Shown here piece after piece: positions 1 through 12,849 of a DNA stretch of 64,000 nt (positions within the stretch are counted from its first letter, which is position 1; every line of letters begins with the position of its first letter). The position numbers were made by a program, and so were the translations under genes. Below the pieces are notes generated by a model. It searched no databases. It worked only from the letters and a program-made list of their open reading frames with translations, and had not been told where the DNA came from. Origin of the DNA: Takakia lepidozioides (taxonomy: Eukaryota > Plantae > Bryophyta); assembly GCA_030704615.1 (NCBI GenBank), contig CM060731.1, forward strand, positions 85,684,001 to 85,748,000, read 5' to 3'.

Positions 1-700
1 GGCATGCATGAGCCATGAGCCGCCAAGTAACACACTACGAATAACGGCAGGTTTTTGTTTTAGGAAAAAAACCATAAAATAATCGAAAGTGGTATTTTTT
101 AATACTTTGTGAAGATCAAAATTTGCTTTTCGAAGATTTCCGCGCTCATGCTTGAAACACTCCGCTCATGATTAACAGTATCCGCTCATGACCGAGAGCC
201 CAAGCTCATGTACCGCCAGCCCAGATCATGGAAAAACTGCATACTGGCCAATAACGGCGCCACAATTACCCCACAGGAAGGGGCGCCCGTGGAATTACAA
301 TCGAGTTTTCCAGACTCCCAACACGCAATGTGGGCCTGTAACCGTGGATTGTACTTTTCTAGAACTATAGGCTGGCTGGGGATAACGGCGCCGAAATTGG
401 GCACCGGAAAACCAATAGGCGGCTGAAGGCTCCGGAGTGAAGGCAATAACGGCGCCAAAATAGAGGACTCGGGGTCCTGCCAGACGCGCAATGTGGACCT
501 GTTATCGTGGATAGTACTTTTCCAAGATTTCACGATTCTCCAGGACTTCAAAATAAGTGATGTTCCCTGATAACGGCACGGAAATTGGGCACCCATGTCC
601 AGAAGATGTCGGTTGATTTGGCCGCAATGAAGCATCAAAGGCGCCGAAATGTAGGACGGTTGACCCCAAAATGGGGCCCGAGACTGGCAATTGCAAACTA
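1..700. mobile_element. Terminal/subterminal fragment of a relative of the ParB-MTase MULE family
   Basis: CATGAGC/GCTCATG repeats (1-210) like the TIR region of 45108-58658, followed by dispersed AACGGCGCC(G)AAAT motifs (250-650). Confidence 0.5.
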
Positions 701-1985
701 TGCTGAATCTTGTGGTGTATGTGTGCAATAAATGTACCGACATGTGGAGAAATTTTGAGTTTTGCCCCATACTACGTTGGTGGTGGAGCAATGATATCCA
801 ATTTTGCCGTCATTTGTGGGGGCCATTTCATGATCATCGATTGACCGGGTTCCCTCTTCATGGGATGCATCAGCGCCCACATGATGCATTAAGAGATCCT
901 CCATGGCTTGCACATCCTCCTGGTTAATTCCATGCTCATTGTTGTTGTCACTGTCACTATCACTGTCATCGTCATCATCGTCCGGTACCGTGGGGGCGAC
1001 GTCTCGCCCACGACTCCCGCCTGATGTACTTGGGTTGTTTTTGGATGGGGTGCCAAGAGAAAAGACCGGGAAGGGATGGACAAAGTCCTGATACGAACAA
1101 ATGAACATAGGGACATATATTATAATGTGTCCTTGCAACCATACACTTCATTACAAGCGAAATGCAAACAACAACCTTCAATGTGTGTGTGCATCAAATA
1201 TGTCATTTAATAATTACATGTATGTGCGCAACGTACACGCATGCAAAGTTTCAAACCCAAACAAAATCATTTGCCCCCCCAATAACGCATTCACCCTATC
1301 AACCAATTTTTGTTTATTAATGTGAAAGAAAATCCTCTCATGCCATTGCACCCAACAAACGGATGTGGCTCAAGCTTCATTTTTTTCTACATGCGCTTAA
1401 ATATGTGTGCAACACCTGTACAAAGATCCAGCAGGGGGAATAAATAAATAATTGCCTCCCCAACGACGCACTCACCCTTGCACCAATTTTGAATTAAATC
1501 GAATTTAAATGAATTTAAAATAAATATTTGCATTTAGAAAATATATGATTGCGGTTTTGAGGGGCGTAATGATTTTATTTTTAGCTCTATTTTGTTCTGC
1601 AACATCGGGCTTTGCACCATTACATTCCTGCAAAAAATGGGACAAAAAAAAAATGGAAAAAAAATAAGTGTGTTTCTAGGGTCACTTTTGCATAACTCTC
1701 TATGAAGAGTCTATAACGTTGAAGATAACTCAACTTTGGAGTGCAAATGAGAGAACAAAATCTGGTTATGGGTCCAAATGACTTTTGTTTACTCCCAAAT
1801 TTTGCACGCACTTTGCATATGCTATCATTAAGTATATGGCTTGAAAATGGAATAAAAAATATATATATCTGCAAGCGAAACACAATTTTCCGTCTCTATG
1901 ACACGTAGTTGCGTTCAACACTAGAATGACCCATTGAATCAACTTGATTCAAGCTCATATTTGGTCCGCATGTGCATAAGTATGT

Positions 1986-2195
1986 TTAGATCACATATGC
2001 AAAGTTGCAACCCACACGAGCAACAAGAAAATCATGTGCAGGCGAAACGCAGTTTTCCGCAGTCCACATGATCATGGGAAACAAGTCCACCATATTGTGA
2101 ACCACAATATCATTGACCGTGAATAAACCCCGACCCATAGCAGGGTCTGTAGCGGCTCTCACAACATACCGTCTCCCCCAATACTCGAACTCCAC
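1986..2195 (-). pseudogene. Possible SET-domain N-terminal fragment
   Basis: VVRAATDPAMGRGLFTVNDIVV resembles the SET-N 'GxGLFAxxDI' motif. The rest of the domain is not seen. Confidence 0.3.
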
Positions 2196-2719
2196 ATTTT
2201 CTCGGATGGAAACTTAGATCCCTCTACTTTCTATCATGGGCAATAGAAGGCTTTGGAGGCCTCCCAGCTCGTTTTTTCAGATCTACATCAACATCTTTCA
2301 GCTTGCATGTCCCCGCATCCAAATGAGCTTTTCCTTTGACATGCTCTGTCAATGAAGACATAAGAGAACCTGTCTTAGGGAACATGACTATCTACTTTGA
2401 ATCGGTCATGCACTTTAATCTCATAGACCCCAATTTTGAGTAATCCCCAATTGTTGCCTTCACAATCTCAAAAGTTGAACATGGATTGTCTACGCAAAAG
2501 CTATCAACCTCCTCCATGTTTGCAGCCAAGACTTCCTGTTCATTTGGAGGCCTCACAATAGGATCATCCTTCCCCTTCCCATAGCGCCTTTGGTATGCCA
2601 TTTGGAGATAATTCTGACATGCCTCATAAGGTTTGCTCTTTCCTGTTCGGGCATAAACCTCTTGACATACATCACACCAGAGCTGAAACAACACCTTTCC
2701 TTCCACATCCTTTGTGTGG

Positions 2720-3600
2720 AGGAACCCCTCTTCACCGTCTGAACAAACCTCTCTGCCAAGCCATCGGCCTCAGGATGATCCCGAGAAGTGGTGCGGTGGT
2801 CTATCAATGTTTTATCACACAAAGTCTAAAACTCCCCCAAGAACTCTCTCCCTTGGTACGTGAGTACCTCAGCTGGAGCACCGAATCAAGCACATGATCC
2901 AAGAATGTATACGCAGCCCCCTCACTAGCCTTGTCAGGCAATGGAACCAACTCAATCCACTTGGAGAAGTGCTCCACCATCACTAACAATATCTGTGGTG
3001 GCGCATAGTCAGTGGCAACGGTCTTGCGAAGTCAAGACTCCACCTGTAGCCCAATCCCATGATTGGTAAATGATGTAACTGTAGTGTAGGGGCGTTGAAT
3101 GAAGCATGCACCCTGTCACACACCATGCACCTAGTCACGAACTGTTGCACCTCTGTATGCATACCACGCCACCAATACTGCCCCTGTTACTAGTGCCGCC
3201 TCCAAAATGCAGTAACCTGTGAGTGCGTCGCACTCCAAAATGCCCAAACTCCTCATGGGCATGCCGCACTAACCGTGCACGTTGTGTTGGGTAAGGCACG
3301 ATCCTCACCCGACCATCCTCCCACACTCAAAGCAGGTGTATCCCCTCCCACTTGAACCTCTTGGCTTGTTGCAGGATCCGATCCCTCTCCCTGGCAGTCA
3401 TAGTGGCTGCCGTGTCTCCCGTGCGGAGGTAGTCCAACACAGCCAAATCCTCATGTATATCTCTGGCACCACCTGGCTCATCACTAGCCTCAGGGTCCTC
3501 AGACACTCCGTCTACAGTCATCCCTGTTGCAGGTCCAACTTGACCTCCCGATGCCAAGTTACACAAAAATGCAGATGCATGCCATCCCCACACCATCTCC
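2720..3600 (-). pseudogene. Integrase of element A (degenerate)
   Basis: HAHEEFGHFG zinc-binding motif, VEHFSKWIE, HPEADGLAERFVQTVK. Frameshifted. Confidence 0.85.
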
Positions 3601-3626
3601 TCGTCCGTCTCACCATGCCACCGAGC

Positions 3627-4290
3627 TCATGTGTCATCCTGCTGGCTCGTGCATGGATTGCGACTCAATCCATCCGCATCCCAATTGACCAAACCCGGTC
3701 GATGCACAACCTGAAAGTCATACTCCTGGAGTATGAGTGCCCACCGTGCAAGCTTCCCCGTAAGCTTGTCTGACTCCATCAACCACTTGAGTGGCTGGTG
3801 ATCCGTGACAAGGGTGAAGAGATTGTCGTATAGATAGCACCTGAAGTGTGCCATGGCCCACACTGCAGCTAAGCACTCTCTTTCATATGAGCTATACTTA
3901 GCCTCTGCAGCGTTATTCGAGCGTCTAGCAGAAGTCACTACGAATTCTCTTCCCTCATCATCCACTTGTGTGAGTACCGCTCCAAGCCCCAGCATGCTCC
4001 AATCCGTATGCAGCTGAAAGGGACGCCCCCTGATAGGTCGTCTCAGGATAGGCGCCGAAGACAACCTCGTCTTGAGCTCTTGAAAAGCTCGTTCCTGCTC
4101 ATCTTCCCACTGCCACTCCTGGTCCACCTTGGTCAGCTTGGTTTAGAGCCTTTTGCAATGGCACTAAATCCCTTGACAAACCGTCTATAATAGTTTGCCA
4201 ACCCCATGAAAGCTCAAACTCGGCTCACATCTGTGGGGCGTGGAATTTGTGCAATGGCCTCTACCTTAGTCTGATGTACCCCCAATCCTC
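3627..4290 (-). pseudogene. RT connection/RNase H of element A
   Basis: AFQELKTRLSSAPIL, LHTDWSMLGLGAVL, YSSYERECLA, TDHQPLKWL, ADGLSR. Confidence 0.9.
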
Positions 4291-4299
4291 CAGGATATA

Positions 4300-5145
4300 T
4301 CATGTGACTGAAAACTCAATCTGGTTGTGGAAAAACTTGCACTTCCCCGGATGCAACTTCGTTCCATGCGCTCTCAAGCGCTCCAATACCACCTGAAGGT
4401 ATCTCTCATGCTCCTCCACCGTAGCACTAAAGATGATGATGTCATCTATGTAGCACCGAACAAAGTCCACCCCTGCTAGAATCCTATCCATGATTCTCTG
4501 AAACTCTGTAGGAGCGTTCTTAAGCCCAAATGGTAAGAACCGCCACTGATATAGGCAATAATTGTTGTGCTCATTGATCCCCCAGAATGTCGTCTTCTGC
4601 TTGTCCGCCTCCTTGATCGGCAACTGGTGATATCCGGATCGTAAATCCAAAGTGCTAAAGACCTGAGCATGCCCTATGGCATCAAAGATTTCCTCTGGTG
4701 TTGGCATGGCATACTTATCGGACTTGGTCTGACGATTTACAGGCCGGTAATCACCGCACATACATCTCTCCGTCCAATTGCCATAGACATCCTTCTTGGT
4801 TGGCATCACTGTGGCTGTAGCATACTCTCCACCAGAGAGCTCCACCAAACCTGCCTCCCAGAGATCTTGAGTCCTCATCTGAATCAAAGACCTCTCCATG
4901 TCACTGTATCTATAGGGTCTCCAAAAGATTGGCGTGTCAGTGGCCAACTCAATACGGATCTCTTGACCCTTCAATGCTCCCAAGTCCTTCAAACTGAAGG
5001 CAAAGCAATTCCTGTAAGCCCTCAGGAACCGCCGTATACGTCGTCTCTCTCTTTTGGTGACAATGGGTCCAATGTCAGGCTCCCAATTGTCCTCCGTAAC
5101 TGCAACCTTAAGTCCAGTGGGCTTAGAGGTAGAGGACGCGTCCAA
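4300..5145 (-). CDS. Reverse transcriptase of element A
   Basis: CGDYRPVN, LDLRSGYHQL, LPFGLKNAP, YIDDIIIF. Confidence 0.92.
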   Translation of the reverse strand: MDASSTSKPTGLKVAVTEDNWEPDIGPIVTKRERRRIRRFLRAYRNCFAFSLKDLGALKGQEIRIELATDTPIFWRPYRYSDMERSLIQMRTQDLWEAGLVELSGGEYATATVMPTKKDVYGNWTERCMCGDYRPVNRQTKSDKYAMPTPEEIFDAIGHAQVFSTLDLRSGYHQLPIKEADKQKTTFWGINEHNNYCLYQWRFLPFGLKNAPTEFQRIMDRILAGVDFVRCYIDDIIIFSATVEEHERYLQVVLERLRAHGTKLHPGKCKFFHNQIEFSVT

Positions 5146-5450
5146 TGGTTGCTATGTTGCAACCTCTTGAGCATTACTCCCTACCTGCTCAGTCAATGAC
5201 AAGGCCTTATCCTGCCCCATCATCTCATCCTCGAGGACTTCCTCAACCCGAGAAAAATCCCCAACCTCATCCATCACCGCCACCTTGGTTACCAACTCCC
5301 TCTGAACCTCGAGCACCTCCCACATGTGCCATGGATGCCTGCACCCCATGGTCCTCACATGCTCGCCCTCACTCACTGCCTGTACCGACTCGGTAGGCAG
5401 AGAGACCAGCGAGGGAAGTGTATTCCGCACTCTGCGTTGCTCAGCCATAG

Positions 5451-6177
5451 TGTCGCGCACCTTACTTTGGTAAGCTCCCCCCTCAAGTCATAGTTACTCG
5501 CTTGATGCGCGCGCCTAACTCCCAACCTGGCCGCCGGGCCAACTTGGAGCTCCGGCTGCTCACCGGGGCATAACGGTCCCCCCTTTGATCTCCCAAAGAA
5601 CCCTCCAACGATTGGAACCAGCGGAATTCCCTTTGGTAGTTGGCAGTCCGGAACAGCTCCCCACTCTTTGGTCGCTTTCCGGTTCGCACACTTACTCACT
5701 AGTTTTTGGTCACCAACGGGCTTGCACCGTTCTCGGGATTACTACTCCCTATATATACTTCTGTAGCTGTCCGCGGGGGTTTCACAAACAACCATGCCAT
5801 TTTATGGCGAACCACCACGAACACCCTCGACTCCCGGTGACGAGTCACGGTGAGTCTTGGCCCACCCACCACGGCCCCTATTGACCGTGATGAGTCCCAA
5901 GACTCCCCACGACTCCCACCACGAGGTCTCCGCCCTAGGGTGAGTCCTATGTCACCCCCACTAAGTCCCACTAAGCTACCACCACCCCTTGTGGAGCCAC
6001 CCCCACCGCAACCCGGTGTGCGGGGCTCCACCTAGTGAGCGCCTCCGCCTCCTTGAGTGCCTTGGGCACTCAAGGGTGCTTCAGCCCCCCATACCTATCG
6101 CTGCCACTGCCCCCACCACAGGGGCAACCCCTCTTGTGTCCCAACCCCCCCTGCCCTCAAGGCAAAGGGCCGCGACA
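5451..6177 (-). repeat. 3' LTR of element B
   Basis: TGTCGCGC...GCCGCGACA, near-identical to 9957-10681. Purine-rich tract adjacent (revcomp of 6178-6190). Confidence 0.93.
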
Positions 6178-7184
6178 CACCCCTACCAACAGGGAGTCCA
6201 TGTCCTCATCGGCTTGTCCATTTGTAGAAAGAACGAACATCCAAGTTGTGGCGTCCCACATCAAGGAGTTTGTTTCCGTACCATGGCGTCCCATGGCAAA
6301 GAACCAAAAACCCACACTTGACTCTACTCTCCACTAGCTAGTTCGGCCGACTTCCTCCAAGTCCCGGCCAAGGCGGAGCCTCTCAAGCTCCTCCCAGTGC
6401 ACTCTTCTTGGCCTACTTCAAGGCCAAGGAACGATCCTCCCGAGGATCGAATTGCCTTACTGCAACAACATTGCTTGCGACCGCTCATGATGCCGCTTTT
6501 GGCATCACCTTGAGCAGGGTTCACCTCGAACCTCTTTTGACTAGGAAGATAACCTTGAACCAACCGCGCGCCCCAATCACTACAATTGGGTCCGCCTTGG
6601 AATGCTGGCCTGAGGTACGGGAAAACGCCGAAGCCGCACTACGACTTCGTCCCGAGGCTACACGATTATAGTACGTGAACGGAAGCACGTAGCTTCTGCA
6701 TTAGCCCGCACTACAAAGCAACCCCCTCGGTAGTGCAATTATAGTATGCGCGCGTGCCAGGTGCGCACTAGCACGTGAACTCCTAAAGAAGGCGCAAGTT
6801 TCCTTGCCCCTTGATGGGAGTCACCCGATTTCGGCACTGCGCAAACACACGATTAACCCAATTTACCTCTCCCACTTTGTGTAAGCTAGCATGCATTCTA
6901 CACACTAGCCAACCACACCATGCATCACCATCCCAAACAAAATAGGACGCACAACATTTGGAACCCATTTCCTTTATGACAAATTTTTGTACAATACAAG
7001 TTTTTGCAATCGGATTCCTAAGCTAGCTGAGCCGGCTAAGCATGCATTTCCTCCCCTACGCTCCAAGGTTGATGTCCCCATCAACGCTTCTTCCGCTTTT
7101 GAGGTCGCCCTTCGAAAACTGCAACCGCCTCGGATGCGTTTCCCATTTTTGAGGCACTCACCCAAGATGCCTCCACATGATGAT

Positions 7185-7905
7185 TGTCACGCACCTCACT
7201 TTGGTAAGCTCCCCTTCAAGTCATAGTTACTCGCTTTGATGCGCGCGCCTGACTCCCAACCTGGCCGCCGGGCCAACTTGGAGCTTCGGCTGCTCACCGG
7301 GACATAACGGTCCCCTTCGCTCCCCACTAAACCCTCCACCTATTTGGGCCTAGTGGAATTCCCTTTGGTAGATGGCAGTCTGGAACAGCTCCCCACTCTT
7401 TGGTCGCTTTCCGGCTCGCTCGCTTACTCACTAGTTTTTGGTCACCAACGGGCTTGCACCGTTCTCGGGGTCACTACTCCCCTTATATATACTTCTGTAG
7501 CTGTCCGCGGGGGTTTCACAACCAGCCATGCCATTTTATGGCGAACCACCACGAAAACCCTCGACTCCCGGTGATGAGTTGCGGTGAGTCTTGGCCCACT
7601 CACCACGGCCCCTATGGACCGTGATGAGTCCCAAGACTCCCCACGACTCCCACCACGAGGTCTCCGCCCCCATGGTGAGTCCTATGCCACCCCACTAAGT
7701 CCCGCTAAGCTACCACCACCCTTGTGGAGCCACCCCCACCGCAACCCGGTGTGCGGGCTCCACCTAGTGAGGCCCTCTGCCTCCTGAGTGCCTCGGGCAC
7801 TCAAGGGTGCTTCAGCCCCCCATACCTATCGCTGCCGCTGCCCCCACCACAGGGGCAGCCCCTCATGTGTCCCGACCCCCTGCCCTCAAGGCAAAGGCCG
7901 CGACA
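7185..7905 (-). mobile_element. Solo LTR of family B inserted in element B
   Basis: Third LTR copy flanked by its own TSD ATGAT (7180-7184 and 7906-7910). Confidence 0.9.
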
Positions 7906-7963
7906 ATGATAGCCCTTCCATTTGACGAGATACTCCGTTTCTCGGTTCTTGAACCTCCTCAAC

Positions 7964-9900
7964 TTAAGTACTGCCGGATGTACCGGATGACTTACTCGAC
8001 CGGATATACCCCTTTGACATTAGATCTTTGAGTTGAGTCTTCAGCTTAACAAACTCTCTGTGGCTCAACCGGTAGGGTGCCTTGGCAGGCGGTTCCGATC
8101 CCGGTATCACCTCAATCTTGTGGTCAACTCCTCTTCGCGGTGGCAAGCCGCTTGGCAAATCCTCCAGCATCACATCCTGGTATTTCTCCAAAATCCCCTT
8201 GATCCAATCTGGGCTCGGCTCCCCATCGCCTTCTCCCTTTACATCTCTAATGTAAAGCAAAAACTGGGGCTCGTGTGCCTCCTCCATGGCCCACTCCCTT
8301 TCTGACAGAAGGTTTATTTGCCCTCCCATGGGTTTGGGCGTTTCCGACACTCGTAAGACCTCGCCACCATTCCCACATGGCAGCGTGACTACTCTCTTGC
8401 AGCCATCTATGACCGCTCCGGATTTGCTCAAAAAGGTCATCCCCAAAATGAGATCCACTCCATCGATCTCGCAGATGGTGAAGTTCTCACGTCCCTCCCA
8501 ACTCCCCAGTTGAAGAGGAACATCGAACGCCAACCTTGTCGCCAATTGCGGTTCTCCTTTGGCCCCCACGTCACTTGTCGGGAGTCCCAACTTTTGTGCC
8601 GTTGCCATGAAGGAGTGCGACGCTTCTGTGTCCACCAACAACGACACGTTAGTTTCGGATATTATCCCATCCACGAACAATAACTGACTCCCTTTACGTA
8701 AGGTGCCAGTTTCCTGATACAACTCACAAGAAAATTTGCCTACCTTGCAAGTTCTGGCGACCACCGCTTCCACCAAGCGACTGATGGTATCTTCCGACAG
8801 CTCTGTGGTCGCCCGAGTCATGTTCAATTGCCGGGCTTCATGCACTTCTTAGCCATGTGCCCGGGCTCCCGCAATTGAAACACACTCATCAAAGGTCGCC
8901 TTCTGTCCGCCATAGGCCGCTCCACCCGCCTTTCCTTTCGAAGCACCGAGTGCCGCCTTGACTTGTGAAGGCCCTCCCTTTGATTTCCACGTGCCATTGT
9001 TGCCGCGTGGCCTATCCCACTTCTTTTCCGGTCAGAAGGAGTCACCTTCCCGCCGGGTCTTCTTGTGGTTCAGCTCCGTACGGCCTTGTCTTTAACCCTT
9101 AGGGACATCTGAGAAACATTTAGCCCTCTCAATTGCCTTGTTCAAAGTCTTAGGTGGCTTCTCCTCCAACTTCCGCCTGGTCCATGGGGCCAGTCCCGCC
9201 ACAAAGTTGAAGACCATTTCTGGTTCTGCCATGTCCGCGACTTCGAGCAACAACACATTGAAAGCGTGGACATATCCCCGAATGTCATTTGTTTGCTTCA
9301 AATTCCTCATCTTGTCCCGGGCGAGCCAGGACGCGTTGAGGGGCACAAATTGCCTCTTCATCAATTCCTTGAACCCACTCCAGTTCAAGGTTTCCGGGCT
9401 TGGACCTCGGTCGTGAAGGCGTTTCTGCCACCATTGTTGAGCATAGCCCCTCAAATAGGTGGGAGCCACTTCCACCCGATCCTCGTCACTCAACTTGGCC
9501 GCCTGGAAGTACTGCTCTAGCTCCAAGAGCTAGGTGTTGAGTGCCTTCCAATTTTGGACGCCCTCGAAGGTGCCAGGTTCCTTAGGCTTCACCTTAAACC
9601 TTGCCTTAGTTGAAGTGGCATTAGCCGCCTTCAACACGTCTTTCAACGTCCCGCCAAATTGCGCCAACAACCCTTCCCAAAAGGCTGCCGGCATGGGAGG
9701 CATCTGTTGGTCGGTCGGAGCTCTCAGGGATTCCTCAGGCTTCGACTCCTCAGATTCCTCCCGCTTTTGAGCGGCCTCGTTTTCGGAAACATGCATCGCT
9801 TCCTCAAACGGCCGCCTCGGTGACACGTCGCCCCCATCGGGCTCACCAGGATCATCATCTTTTGGGCCGTTCCGCTTTCGTTTTGGCTTGCCCGATCCCA
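7964..9900 (-). pseudogene. gag-protease-RT start of element B
   Basis: KPKEPGTFEG, QQWW and LKQT gag motifs. Protease LLVDTEASHSF (DTG altered). LPPRRGVDHKIE...PYRLS pre-RT. Stops and frameshifts present. Confidence 0.88.
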
Positions 9901-9942
9901 TGATGAGGCCAATCCCAAGGACGATCGCGTACTGAACTCTTA

Positions 9943-9954
9943 GCTCTGATACCA
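9943..9954 (-). promoter_or_regulatory. Primer-binding site (tRNA-iMet) of element B
   Basis: Minus strand TGGTATCAGAGC, 2 nt from the LTR. Confidence 0.92.
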
Positions 9955-9956
9955 AG

Positions 9957-10681
9957 TGTCGCGCACCTCACTTCCGTAAGCTCTCCCCTCAAGTCATAGT
10001 TACTCGCTTGATGCGCGCGCCTAACTCCCAACCTGGCTGCTCGGCCAACTTGGAGCTCCGGCTGCTCACCGGGGCATAACGGTCCCCCCTTTGATCTCCC
10101 AAAGAACCCTCCAACAATTTGGAACCAGCGGAATTCCCTTTGGTAGTTGGCAGTCCGGAACAGCTCCCCACTCTTTGGTCGCTTTCCGGTTCGCACGCTT
10201 ACTCACTAGTTTTGGTCACCAACGGGCTTGCACCGTTCTTAGGGTTACTACTCCCTATATATACTTCTGTAGCTGTCCGCGGGGGTTTCACAAACAACCA
10301 TGCCATTTTATGGCGAACCACCACGAACACCCTCGATTTCCGGTGATGAGTCGCGGTGAGTCTTGGCCCACCCACCACGGCCCCTATGGACCGTGATGAG
10401 TCCCAAGACTCCCCACAACTCCCACCACGAGGTCTCCGCCCTAGGGTGAGTCCTATGCCACCCCCACTAAGTCCCGCTAAGCTACCACCACCCCTGTGGA
10501 GCCACCTCCACCGCAACCCGGTGTGCGGGGCTCCACCTAGTGAGCGCCCTGCCTCCTTGAGTGCCTTGGGCACTCAAGGGTGCTTCAGCCCCCCATACCT
10601 ATCGCTGCCATTGCCCCCACCACAGGGGCAGCCCCTCTTATGTCCTGACCCCCCCTGCCCTCAAGGCAAAGGGCCGCGACA
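9957..10681 (-). repeat. 5' LTR of element B
   Basis: Adjacent to the PBS and followed by TSD CATAG. Confidence 0.93.
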
Positions 10682-10686
10682 CATAG

Positions 10687-11620
10687 CCAAGCTGATAATC
10701 CAGGTCAAGCAATTGAGATCCATTGCTTGCCCCAACACCTGACGACGTGATGCCTCAGAAAGAGACGGCACCGCCGTGGTACCAGTGGTAAAACCCATTG
10801 CCCACTCACGCTCGTCAGCATTAGGCTCCACTAACTGCTGCAACTGAGCATCCCACAGGAGGCCAAGTCCACTATCCCGGAAAGCATGCGATCCTGGGAA
10901 GCTGAGCAGTGTAGATAATGCTGCTCGTGGTTGACCCACCTTGTTGACCAGTGCCTAAGACGAACGGTCATCGTGTCTCAAACGCTGAGACTGCCTCCTT
11001 GTGTCCAAAATGCTATCCACTGTGAGGTGTGCTGGCCGCTGCACCCCATCAAATGCACGCTTAAGCAGTGCGGGTGGCATCAAGTTAGTCCACCACAGTC
11101 GTGGACGATGAGCCCGTGACCCCACTGTAGCTGCATCTAGCAGCACTGCTGATCCAAGCCACAACCGGACTTAATGCACACTGGCCATCACCCTGGCCCA
11201 AGAATCGCCCATCAGTGGCACATTCTCTAAGATGTATGCTGGAGATACAGCTTGATGAAGCTGCAAGTGGCGCAAAACCCGCACCATCTCCCAAAACAGA
11301 CTCGACCTCGAGTCTCGCAATCCATTGCCATGCCCGGCTGATGAATGCCCTTGGCAGGGCCAACCTGCCACTACCAGATCAATGGAGCCAACCTGCTCCA
11401 AATCATGCGCCCCCAGCAACACAAACTGCAGACACCAGCAACAACTCAGGGTACTGTTGCACCAACTGAGCAACATGGCGAAGTGAAACGCGTCGTGCAG
11501 TCTCATTCCTCTCCACATATAGGTAACGCCGAACTCGTACACCTGCGTGTAACACAATAGCCAATCCGGTGCTGATCCCGCCAAACAAGTCCAGAAGACA
11601 AATGCCTTCATCCGGATACT
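10687..11620 (-). pseudogene. DNMT3-like C5 cytosine methyltransferase domain in the pol of element A
   Basis: Motif I LLDLFGG, II YVE, IV DLVVAGWPCQG, VI ILENV, VIII AHRPRLWWTNL, IX EREWAMGF and X VLGQAM, in canonical order across frameshifted ORFs. Confidence 0.9.
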
Positions 11621-11999
11621 GCCACACAATAGGTGTGGTGTCCAATGGAGACAACTGAGGTGGTCCTGGTGCAATCCCCGCACTCTTCTCCTCTCCTAAT
11701 GGTACAAAAGCCTCCACCCAGGCTTGTTGCACCCGTCGATCAGCAACCCGCTCCAAATCCTTGCTCGTGCCCCACAATGGAATCTGAACAACCATGGCAG
11801 GCAACTCCGCCATACCATACATGTCATCCTGCTCTCCCGGAGGTGACACATCCTCTGAATGAGCGTTGCCCTCAAGCAACTCTCCAGGCCAACTCACTGC
11901 AGTTGTGAATGCTGCTAGTATCGGCACATTGCCTCGCTGGGCAACCGCAACTCCTCATATAAACGTCACAGGGAGCTGCACACGCCGGCCCTCCCCTGA

Positions 12000-12455
12000 C
12001 TACCATCCAAGCCTATAGGAAGCTAACTTCTCCCAAAAATCTAGGGTGAAGCCCATGGGGTACAGCACTGCCCCATCAACCAGGACATCGTACGAGACCG
12101 CGTCTGTCACAATGGCCTTGGCTCGCATCACTGAGCCATCTGTAGGATGATCCGGCCGTAGTCTGATAGCCAACTCATGCCGTGTCATGCCCCGAGCCTG
12201 CTCCGATCCTCCCAGAGACGTCTGTATCTGGAAAGGACAAGGCTCCATATCCGCCTCCGTGAGGCCCAAGCTTGCAATAGCAGCTCTGCCCAGCATCAAC
12301 GGCTGAGCTCCCGAGTCCAACAAGACCCTCAGTGGCCGGTACCTCTTGCCTGCTGGTCCACTCAAACAGAAAATACCCTCCTGGTTGTCTAACATGACAA
12401 CCCCAGGTGTCACCATGGTGCGCTCAATGGCTGGCCTAGCTGGCAGCTCCATCAA
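12000..12455 (-). CDS. Retroviral-type aspartic protease of element A
   Basis: VLLDSGAQ ... YDVLVDG. Confidence 0.8.
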   Translation of the reverse strand: MMELPARPAIERTMVTPGVVMLDNQEGIFCLSGPAGKRYRPLRVLLDSGAQPLMLGRAAIASLGLTEADMEPCPFQIQTSLGGSEQARGMTRHELAIRLRPDHPTDGSVMRAKAIVTDAVSYDVLVDGAVLYPMGFTLDFWEKLASYRLGW

Positions 12456-12849
12456 CCTGGCAGCTGCAGCTTGCCATTACGCCACTGTGGCAGTCTTGAC
12501 CCTCAAATCCGAGAATCCCTCTGACACTATACCTCCCACTATCTCCGCAGAAGATGAAGTAACCTCCCCACTCTCACAGACTGTAGCTGCCAGCCTGAAC
12601 ACCTCAGCTGGTCTTACCCCCGGCGTTGCAATCATGATAGCCGAGAACAATAGAGCCTGGCACACAGATGTGGCCGCCCCCAGCAGCACACTAGCTGCCA
12701 TAGCCTTGGCAACACTAGATAGTGGTGCTGCCCGTGTGGCTCTCCCCAATGACATAGTACCCTCCGCCTCAGTAACAGTCGGGCGAGAACTAGGTACCAT
12801 GGATGGCGTCGACACTGTCTCCGCCAATGTGAATGACTGAGGAAGCCTA

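Larger units (their letters stand above)
5451..10681 (-). mobile_element. Ty3/Gypsy element B, internally deleted/non-autonomous, nested in element A
   Basis: TG...CA LTRs at 5451-6177 and 9957-10681, TSD CATAG (5446-5450 and 10682-10686), Met-i PBS, gag and protease. Confidence 0.93.

Noticed and set aside
5585-6337. Conserved multi-copy small proteins (also near 7400, 10100, 19500, 27900 and 29000)
   Set aside because: They recur only because they lie in LTR copies, and the frames are not conserved between copies.
5451-10681. Tandem three-LTR retrotransposon
   Set aside because: The middle LTR has its own ATGAT TSD, so it is a later insertion reduced to a solo LTR.
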